Origin: Macrostomum hystrix
Lineage: Eukaryota > Animalia > Platyhelminthes
Assembly (NCBI GenBank): GCA_950097015.1
Contig: CATNEN010000030.1
Span: 1,426,001-1,490,000, forward strand
Direction: 5' to 3'
DNA length: 64,000 nt
A model generated the notes under the pieces. It was given only the letters and a program-made list of their open reading frames with translations. It was not told where the DNA came from and searched no databases. Positions 48,525 through 61,272 of the stretch are shown here, one piece after another. Each line of letters starts with the position of its first letter. Within the stretch, counting starts at the first letter, position 1. Both the position numbers and the translations under genes were made by a program.

Positions 48525-50297
48525 GAGTGGCGGCTGCAATCTGGGGATCTGGGAGAGTGACAGCTGCAATCTGGGGATCTGGGAGAGTGACAGCTGCAAT
48601 CTGGGGATCTGGGAGTGACAGCTGCAATCTGGGGATCTGGGAGAGTGACAGCTGCAATCTGGGGATCTGGGAGAGTGACAGCTGCAATCTGGGGATCTGG
48701 GAGTGACAGCTGCAATCTGGGGATCTGGGAGTGACAGCTGCAATCTGGGGATCTGGGAGTGACAGCTGCAATCTGGGGATCTGGGAGTGACAGCTGCAAT
48801 CTGGGGATCTGAGAGAGTGACAGCTGCAATCTGGGGATCTGGGAGAGTGACAGCTGCAATCTGGGGATCTGAGAGAGTGACAGCTGCAATCTGGGGATTT
48901 GGAGAGTGACAGCTGCAATCTGGGGATCTGGGAGTGACAGCTGCAATCTGGGGATCTGGGAGAGTGACAGCTGCAATCTGGGGATCTGAGAGAGTGACAG
49001 CTGCAATCTGGGGATCTGGGAGTGACAGCTGCAATCTGGGGATCTGGGAGAGTGACAGCTGAAATCTGGGGATCTGGGAGAGTGACAGCTGCAATCTGGG
49101 GATCTGGAGAGTGACAGCTGCAATCTGGGGATCTGGGAGAGTGACAGCTGCAATCTGGGGATCTGGGAGAGTGACAGCTGCAATCTGGGGATCTGGGAGT
49201 GACAGCTGCAATCTGGGGATCTGGGAGAGTGACAGCTGCAATCTGGGGATCTGGGAGAGTGACAGCTGCAATCTGGGGATCTGGGAGTGACAGCTGCAAT
49301 CTGGGGATCTGGGAGAGTGACAGCTGCAATCTGGGGATCTGGGAGTGACAGCTGCAATCTGGGGATCTGGGAGAGTGACAGCTGCAATCTGGGGATCTGG
49401 GAGAGTGACAGCTGCAATCTGGGGATCTGGGAGAGTGACAGCTGCAATCTGGGGATCTGGGAGAGTGACAGCTGCAATCTGGGGATCTGAGAGAGTGACA
49501 GCTGCAATCTGGGGATCTGGGAGAGTGACAGCTGCAATCTGGGGATCTGAGAGAGTGACAGCTGCAATCTGGGGATCTGGGAGAGTGACAGCTGCAATCT
49601 GGGGATCTGAGAGAGTGACAGCTGCAATCTGGGGATCTGGGAGAGTGACAGCTGCAATCTGGGGATCTGGGAGAGTGACAGCTGCAATCTGGGGATCTGA
49701 GAGAGTGACAGCTGCAATCTGGGGATCTGAGAGAGTGACAGCTGCAATCTGGGGATCTGGGAGAGTGACAGCTGCAATCTGGGGATCTGGGAGAGTGACA
49801 GCTGCAATCTGGGGATCTGGGAGAGTGACAGCTGCAATCTGGGGATCTGGGAGAGTGACAGCTGCAATCTGGGGATCTGAGAGAGTGACAGCTGCAATCT
49901 GGGGATCTGAGAGAGTGACAGCTGCAATCTGGGGATCTGAGAGAGTGACAGCTGCAATCTGGGGATCTGAGAGAGTGACAGCTGCAATCTGGGGATCTGG
50001 GAGAGTGACAGCTGCAATCTGGGGATCTGGGAGAGTGACGGCTGCAATCTGGGGATCTGGGAGAGTGACAGCTGCAATCTGGGGATCTGAGAGAGTGACA
50101 GCTGCAATCTGGGGATCTGGGAGTGACAGCTGCAATCTGGGGATCTGGGAGAGTGACAGCTGCAATCTGGGGATCTGGGAGAGTGACAGCTGCAATCTGG
50201 GGATTTGGGAGTGACAGCTGCAATCTGGGGATCTGGGAGTGACAGCTGCAATCTGGGGATCTGGGAGAGTGACAGCTGCAATCTGGGGATCTGGGAG
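48525..50297. repeat. 28/30-bp minisatellite GAGAGTGACAGCTGCAATCTGGGGATCTGG, about 60 copies, upstream of the RPSA ATG
   Basis: Seen directly. Confidence 0.97.
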
Positions 50298-50731
50298 AGC
50301 CAAAAAACAAGACCTAGCTAAACCACGACAGATTGCAAGTAATCAAGTCTATTACAGAAAAGAATATTTCATATATTTTAGGAAGTAAATCATTGTACAT
50401 GCAGCTTGAATCAGAAACAAACATGTTAATCACTGTGACCAATGGCAAGCAAATAGAATGACGATGAGCGCCTGAAACAGCAAGAGGTGAACGCAAGCAC
50501 TGACCGCCGAGTTCAATTATATTTTTAAGATAGATACAGTTAATAACATCTGGTACTTTTCTCTGTTTAAAAAGTCACCTAAGAACGTCAAAAAAGTTAA
50601 ATAATCGGTAACGGAAGAATCGTTTAAGAGTTTCAGAAGCGTTTTATTTCTACTGGCCAATAATCTCTAATAGTACATTTGGCAGGGTGATTTGAGGACA
50701 CTGGTGACTAGGAACAGCCCAGCGCCTGCGA

Positions 50732-51304
50732 CTAATCTGCAGACTCTAACTGGTAGTCCTCCACAACATGATATTCGGCAAAGGATGTCCAGAGTAGAAC
50801 AACAGCCGTGTACCACAGCAGCAGCTGCAGTAATCCGCCAGTCATCTTAGCGTAGTGGACATGCGGGGGCACGGCAAAGTCCGCGCGCATAATGTGCAAA
50901 TTTCTCGTATATAAAGCGGTACCAATAGTCATTGCCACTGCTGAATAAGCGAATAGGCACAGGCAAACCCACTGTTCGTGCTGGGGACACTGTATGCCGT
51001 GAGCTGTGAGTGCAGCAATGCTGCTCATCATGCCATTGCGAGTCCAAGACAGATAACTATTGTCATTTGATAGGCGATTCGCCACCCAACTAGCTTTGCG
51101 AGCTTCCATCTGCTGCTGCTGCTTCGTGTCCTGCTGATCGCTTTGCAATTTTTCGCGCCATTTTAAGCAGCCGCTACGACTGGTGCCGCGGCCAATTCGA
51201 CCGGTTGCTAAGCAACGGCGCAACCTTGGCAACAAGCTGGCCTTTTTAAAGCAAACGCAAGTCGCACGCCCGCTAGCAGGCAGCAGAATCGGGGAAATTA
51301 AAAG
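50732..51304 (-). CDS. TMEM160: TMEM160-like membrane protein; frame open from the acceptor at 51304, first in-frame ATG at 51109
   Basis: SYLSWTRNGMMSS matches the TMEM160 motif FLSWFRNGLLAS and is followed by three hydrophobic segments. Confidence 0.65.
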   Translation of the reverse strand, partial: LLISPILLPASGRATCVCFKKASLLPRLRRCLATGRIGRGTSRSGCLKWREKLQSDQQDTKQQQQMEARKASWVANRLSNDNSYLSWTRNGMMSSIAALTAHGIQCPQHEQWVCLCLFAYSAVAMTIGTALYTRNLHIMRADFAVPPHVHYAKMTGGLLQLLLWYTAVVLLWTSFAEYHVVEDYQLESAD

Positions 51305-51924
51305 CTGAAATTTTGAAAAAATCAAATTAATGTGTATCTATAAATTTTTATTCAGCTATCGACCAATTTTCATAATAGAAAATGAAAATGAAATTGAAAA
51401 CAAAATGATTGTGTGCAATAAATTTTCCTGCATTCATCTGATCAGAGCTATCAATCAGACAATAGATTGGTTTTCCGCTTTTTTAACAAATGAGATTAAT
51501 AAGAATAGCATAAAAAACTAGCTAGTGACACAGCAGCGAATGCAAAATTCCATCAATAAACTTACAAAATTATTGGAACATTGTCAAAGTGCATTTCACT
51601 CGAATAACAATATCATGACGGCGTCATAATATGCTAAAATAAAAAGCTGTTACAAGACTGTCTTATGAGGAAAAAGCAGCTGGACAGGATAAATACAGCA
51701 AAAATACACTAAACATGAAAATGAATACTGACAAGTATGACTAATAGGTCATCACTGGAGATTTTTTGTTGATACGCATTTGTAGGGTTCATGAAGCGGG
51801 CTATTCTACACGGTACAATTTGTGCAGGTAGGCTACATTACCACATGCTTATTTTCTACACTCTGAACTTAATTGCTGGCTGGATAAAACTAATTGTACA
51901 CAAGATGACGAATTGATGATAATT

Positions 51925-52135
51925 AACGGGAGATAACAGGTAGGTTATAATCACCTGGGAGATAACAGGTAGGTTATAATCACCTGGGAGATAACATGTA
52001 GGTTATAATCACCTGGGAGATAACATGTAGGTTATAATCACCTGGGAGATAACATGTAGGTTATAATAACCTGGGAGATAACAGGTACGTTATAAATACC
52101 AGGGAGATAACATGTAGATTATAATTACCTGTTAT
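51925..52135. repeat. 29-bp proto-unit array GGGAGATAACAGGTAGGTTATAATCACCT
   Basis: Seen directly; related to the 39-bp array. Confidence 0.85.
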
Positions 52136-52157
52136 CTGTTTGGGGGTTTTAAGAGGT

Positions 52158-52385
52158 TATAGCCTAGTGTTTAGGGCGTCGGACTCACGACTTGAAGGTC
52201 GGGGGTTCGATTCACGACTCCACTGAAACAATTTGTGTCCTTTAGCAAGACACTTAAATCTGCATTGCTTCAGTTCACTCAGCTGTTAAATGGGTACCAG
52301 CATTAGCTGGGATAATTGAAGGTAGGTGTGGCGTCCCCCCAGTCCATGGACTGAACAGCTGTACGCAGTCTTCAGATGCGCCACG
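52158..52385 (+). mobile_element. Full-length SINE family A inserted between the 29-bp and 39-bp arrays
   Basis: Matches 44335-44565 over the head, core and 3' part. Confidence 0.8.
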
Positions 52386-52387
52386 CA

Positions 52388-55300
52388 ATTTTTGTTAGCT
52401 GTTTGGGAGATAACAGGTAGGTTATAATTACCTGTTAGCCGTTTGGGAAATAACAGGTAGGTTATAATTTTTGTTAGCTGTTTGGGAGATAACAGGTAGG
52501 TTATATTTTTTGTCAGCTGTTTGGGAGATAACAGGCAGGTTATATTTTTGTCAGCTGTTTGGGAGATAACAGGTAGGTTATAATTACCTGTTAACCGTTT
52601 GGGAAATAACAGGTAGGTTATAATTTTTGTTAGCTGTTTGGGAGATAACAGGTAGGTTATAATTTTTGTTAGCTGTTTGGGAGATAACAGGTAGGTTATA
52701 TTTTTTGTCAGCTGTTTGGGAGATAACAGGTAGGTTATATTTTTGTCAGCTGTTTGGGAGATAACAGGTAGATTATTTTTTTGTCAGCTGTTTGGGAGAT
52801 AACAGGCAGGTTATAATTTTTGTTAGCTGTTTGGGAGATAACAGGTAGGTTACATTTTTGTCAGCTGTTTGGGAGATAACAGGCAGGTTATAATTTTTGT
52901 TAGCTGTTTGGGAGATAACAGGTAGGTTATAATTTTGTCAGCTGTTTGGGAGATAACAGATAGGTTATATTTTTGTTAGCTGTTTGGGAGATAACAGGTA
53001 GGTTATAATTTTTGTCAGCTGTTTGGGAGATAACAGGTAGGTTATAATTTTTGTTAGCTGTTTGGGAGATAACAGGTAGGTTATATTTTTGTCAGCTGTT
53101 TGGGAGATAACAGGTAGGTTATAATTTTTGTCAGCTGTTTGGGAGATAACAGGCAGGTTATAATTTTTGTTAGCTGTTTGGGAGATAACAGGTAGGTTAT
53201 AATTTTGTCAGCTGTTTGGGAGGTAACAGATAGGTTATATTTTTGTTAGCTGTTTGGGAGATAACAGGTAGGTTATAATTTTTGTCAGCTGTTTGGGAGA
53301 TAACAGGTAGGTTATAATTTTTGTCAGCTGTTTGGGAGATAACAGGTAGATTATATTTTTGTCAGCTGTTTGGGAGATAACAGGTAGGTTATAATTTTTG
53401 TCAGCTGTTTGGGAGATAACAGGCAGGTTATAATCTTTGTCAGCTGTTTGGGAGATAACAGGTAGGTTATAATTTTTGTCAGCTGTTTGGGAGATAACAG
53501 ATAGGTTATATTTTCGTTAGCTGTTTGGGAGATAACAGGTAGGTTATAATTTTTGTCAGCTGTTTGGGAGATAACAGGTAGATTATATTTTTGTTAGCTG
53601 TTTGGGAGATAACAGGTAGGTTATATTTTTGTCAGCTGTTTGGGAGATAACAGGTAGGTTATAATTTTTGTCAGCTGTTTGGGAGATAACAGGTAGATTA
53701 TATTTTTGTCAGCTGTTTGGGAGATAACAGGCAGGTTATAATTTTTGTTAGCTGTTTGGGAGATAACAGGTAGGTTATATTTTTGTCAGCTGTTTGGGAG
53801 ATAACAGGTAGATTATATTTTTGTCAGCTGTTTGGGAGATAACAGGTAGGTTATAATTTTTGTTAGCTGTTTGGGAGATAACAGGTAGGTTATATTTTTT
53901 GTCAGCTGTTTGGGAGATAACAGGCAGGTTATATTTTTGTCAGCTGTTTGGGAGATAACAGGTAGATTATTTTTTTGTCAGCTGTTTGGGAGATAACAGG
54001 CAGGTTATAATTTTTGTTAGCTGTTTGGGAGATAACAGGTAGGTTACATTTTTGTCAGCTGTTTGGGAGATAACAGGCAGGTTATAATTTTTGTTAGCTG
54101 TTTGGGAGATAACAGGTAGGTTATAATTTTGTCAGCTGTTTGGGAGATAACAGATAGGTTATATTTTTGTTAGCTGTTTGGGAGATAACAGGTAGGTTAT
54201 AATTTTTGTCAGCTGTTTGGGAGATAACAGGTAGGTTATAATTTTTGTTAGCTGTTTGGGAGATAACAGGTAGGTTATATTTTTGTCAGCTGTTTGGGAG
54301 ATAACAGGAAGTTATAATTTTTGTCAGCTGTTTGGGAGATAACAGGCAGGTTATAATTTTTGTTAGCTGTTTGGGAGATAACAGGTAGGTTATAATTTTG
54401 TCAGCTGTTTGGGAGGTAACAGATAGGTTATATTTTTGTTAGCTGTTTGGGAGATAACAGGTAGGTTATAATTTTTGTCAGCTGTTTGGGAGATAACAGG
54501 TAGGTTATAATTTTTGTCAGCTGTTTGGGAGATAACAGGTAGATTATATTTTTGTCAGCTGTTTGGGAGATAACAGGCAGGTTATAATTTTTGTTAGCTG
54601 TTTGGGAGATAACAGGTAGGTTACATTTTTGTCAGCTGTTTGGGAGATAACAGGCAGGTTATAATTTTTGTTAGCTGTTTGGGAGATAACAGGTAGGTTA
54701 TAATTTTGTCAGCTGTTTGGGAGATAACAGATAGGTTATATTTTTGTTAGCTGTTTGGGAGATAACAGGTAGGTTATAATTTTTGTCAGCTGTTTGGGAG
54801 ATAACAGGTAGGTTATAATTTTTGTTAGCTGTTTGGGAGATAACAGGTAGGTTATATTTTTGTCAGCTGTTTGGGAGATAACAGGTAGGTTATAATTTTT
54901 GTCAGCTGTTTGGGAGATAACAGGTAGATTATATTTTTGTCAGCTGTTTGGGAGATAACAGGCAGGTTATAATTTTTGTTAGCTGTTTGGGAGATAACAG
55001 GTAGGTTATATTTTTGTCAGCTGTTTGGGAGATAACAGGTAGATTATATTTTTGTCAGCTGTTTGGGAGATAACAGGTAGGTTATAATTTTTGTCAGCTG
55101 TTTGGGAGATAACAGATAGGTTATATTTTCGTTAGCTGTTTGGGAGATAACAGGTAGGTTATAATTTTTGTCAGCTGTTTGGGAGATAACAGGTAGATTA
55201 TATTTTTGTCAGCTGTTTGGGAGATAACAGGCAGGTTATAATTTTTGTTAGCTGTTTGGGAGATAACAGGTAGGTTATATTTTTGTCAGCTGTTTGGGAG

Positions 55301-56285
55301 ATAACAGGCAGGTTATAATTTTTGTTAGCTGTTTGGGAGATAACAGGTAGGTTATATTTTTGTCAGCTGTTTGGGAGATAACAGGCAGGTTATAATTTTT
55401 GTTAGCTGTTTGGGAGATAACAGGTAGGTTATAATTTTTGTCAGCTGTTTGGGAGATAACAGATAGGTTATATTTTTGTTAGCTGTTTGGGAGATAACAG
55501 GTAGGTTATAATTTTTGTCAGCTGTTTGGGAGATAACAGGCAGGTTATAATTTTTGTTAGCTGTTTGGGAGATAACAGGTAGGTTATATTTTTGTTAGCT
55601 GTTTGGGAGATAACAGATAGGTTATCATTTTTGTCAGCTGTTTGGGAGATAACAGGTAGGTTATATTTTTGTCAGCTGTTTGGGAGATAACAGGTAGGTT
55701 ATAATTTTTGTCAGCTGTTTGGGAGATAACAGGTAGGTTATATTTTTGTCAGCTGTTTGGGAGATAACAGGTAGGTTATAATTTTTGTCAGCTGTTTGGG
55801 AGATAACAGGTAGGTTATAATTTTTGTCAGCTGTTTGGGAGATAACAGGTAGGTTATAATTTTTGTCAGCTGTTTGGGAGATAACAGGCAGGTTATAATT
55901 TTTGTTAGCTGTTTGGGAGATAACAGGTAGGTTATAATTTTTGTTAGCTGTTTGGGAGATAACAGGCAGGTTATAATTTTTGTCAGCTGTTTGGGAGATA
56001 ACAGGTAGGTTATAATTTTTGTCAGCTGTTTGGGAGATAACAGGTAGGTTATAATTTTTGTTAGCTGTTTGGGAGATAACAGGTAGGTTATAATTTTTGT
56101 CAGCTGTTTGGGAGATAACAGGTAGGTTATAATTTTTGTCAGCTGTTTGGGAGATAACAGGTAGGTTATAATTTTTGTTAGCTGTTTGGGAGATAACAGG
56201 TAGGTTATAATTTTTGTCAGCTGTTTGGGAGATAACAGGTAGGTTATAATTTTTGTCAGCTGTTTGGGAGACAACAGGTAGGTAG
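52388..56285. repeat. 38/39-bp minisatellite (GT[C/T]AGCTGTTTGGGAGATAACAGGTAGGTTATAATTTTT), about 100 copies, 3.9 kb
   Basis: Seen directly. Confidence 0.98.
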
Positions 56286-56961
56286 CTATGGATCGAATGC
56301 AATAAAAAAGCAAAAAGCGAATAGAAAAAATTGCCATATATGAGCTCAAATACTAAAAATATAGGTTGATGAGTGGAATAACGATGACAATTAAAAAAAC
56401 TGGTTGATTAGAACACAGTATTTACTACCATATCAACCCAGAGGTTTCAGAGAGATTACTGCTTAGAAACATGCCAACTAAAGCAAGCGGATAAAAGACA
56501 AAGAGCAAAAATCTGCAAAGGCAGGTGTGAAGAGATTTCTTTAACAAGAATTGATAAATGGATTTCATTCAAGGCCCAGTTGTTATAAAGTTAAACAGGT
56601 TTGATCAGCAAGCATACTGCAGCGTTCTGATAATTCTCCAAATAAATGATAGGTACAAAAATTAGCAGATTCAAAACAACTAGGACAGGATTTAAACGCG
56701 ATAGCGAAGTAGACCCAAGAGACACTTAAGTACTCTACGCAGATAGGTTTTATCAAATAGAATCTATCTTGTAAAAGCACATTCAATCTTGTTTGCTACT
56801 GTGTAACTACAACCAGGAAAAAACACATGACCAGTCAATTCTGATTTTTTTAAATCGAGACAAAAATGAAAACGAAAGATTCATCAGCTCTCTAAGTGCA
56901 ACGGGCCAGCATCTGTTTTTTTGTCTAATCGCTGAGATTCTCAACGACGACTATTAAAAAA

Positions 56962-59435
<2,474 letters not shown>

Positions 59436-61272
59436 TTAACTATTGCTGCAAAGACAGAGCAAGCTGATAAGGAGCAGCCCTTTGGTAGATGGTCAGATAG
59501 ACAAAGCAGTTAGTATTAAATAACATGTAACAATGTTTTCAGTGTATGTGTACTATCCTTTTCGGTCATTAATTTCCTTCCCTTCCCTGGCTATTCTACA
59601 TGAGATGAGTCTGAGGAAGGGACTAATGTGAAACTTTGTTTATTTAGCACAGGATTTACTGTATTTTACAAAAAGTAGCATAATAGCGCAGCTAAAACAA
59701 AATAGCGCAATAGTGCTAAAATAATGCAGGAGTGGCAACTATGCCTGCCAATAATATCATCTATATTAGCACATTTAGGTCACCAATGGGCACATATGCC
59801 ATGATCCTGGCAATTGAGTATTACTTGACCTACTTGTGATAATCTCAATTTTTCATGCTGTAATGTCACAGAAATAATTAGCACCACTGCCAAGGTCAAT
59901 TGATGGTTGAGTGCAAGGCCTAATAGATTAGTCTTTGATAATTGACATTTGATATTTTGATTTGTTACATAAATCTGTATAAATATATATTATTTAAAAA
60001 CATACAAATCATTAAACCAAAACTATCTAAGACAAAATTAGCTTTCAAAAGTATAAAAGTTTGAAAGTTAGGGTAGGCCTAAGTAAAAAAAATTGGCCTA
60101 GGCCCTATGCTCCAGTCTATACACAGAAATCTTATTTCTTACACTTAATTCGTTGAACAAATAATTATTATAAAGAGTATTATAATATACAATATATTAA
60201 GGTAATTTTAAGGTAAGGTAATTTAAGGTAACAAGTTTAAGACACTGATAGGGCCTATGTAAATAAAATTGAAACAAATTTCAAGAAATACAATTTGAGG
60301 TCAAAATTAGATAATGTTTTGTTCTTTAGGTGCCATCAGAAGTTCAAATTTCGATTTATATTTAGAAAAAACTTAAAAAATTGCGATTTCGATTCAGTAA
60401 AATTTTAATTGGAGGACACTTCCTGTGGTGTGCCGCCCAGCAATTTATCCACTTTAAAAGAAGCTAACAATCAACCTAGCATTCGTTATTGTTAAATTTG
60501 TTATTCCCACTCGTTATTCATTACTGAAATTACTTGCAGTTTTGTTTTTCGAAAAGAAAATAATTTAACGAACGAAACGACACATGACAATTCTCAACAT
60601 TAACTGAAGGCAAAAGTTTGCCATTAGCAACATGCAATTTTTTTGCAAAAAATTAACTAAATTTCTTAATTAATATATTTTAAATAATTGTAAGCAATCC
60701 TTACACTGCAGCTAATATTTTGTTTTCTAATGGTTAGCTAGACATAGGGCTAGCAGGGCGGTTCGAAGATGCAGCGAGGAGGCGGGAGTCGCGTATATCG
60801 CTATAGGCCTACGGCTACGATGATCTGCTAGATAGAAAGTAAACGTAATGTAATGTGAATTTAACGTAGAACTAGAAACGTAGATATAGATACTACATAG
60901 ACACTTACATCGCTAGATTGTACAATATAGAAGAAGGAAGATATTCTGTAGGGTGATAAAAATGAAAAAACTTCGGAAAAAGGAGTCATTTAGAACAATT
61001 TAAATTTTTCAGCAGTTTAACTAAACATACTAAGAAAACGTAAATTTTATGCCAAAAACATAGTAAGCAAATACTTTTTGCTTTTTGTTTCAGATTATAT
61101 TATTTTATCATTGTCCATCATTTGCATTGAAACATGTTTACAGGGACGCTGTTGTCTATTTTAGTTTTTAATATACGCTATTATTTCTACTGTCGTGGAA
61201 CGCATCCAATAAAGCAATAAAAAAGTTTCAAACCATAAAATCACAGTAGTATTTACCATTTATATATCTGAA

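Noticed and set aside
59605-59640. Second hammerhead-like motif CTGAGGA...TGAAAC
   Set aside because: Stem II does not pair and there is no helix I complement.
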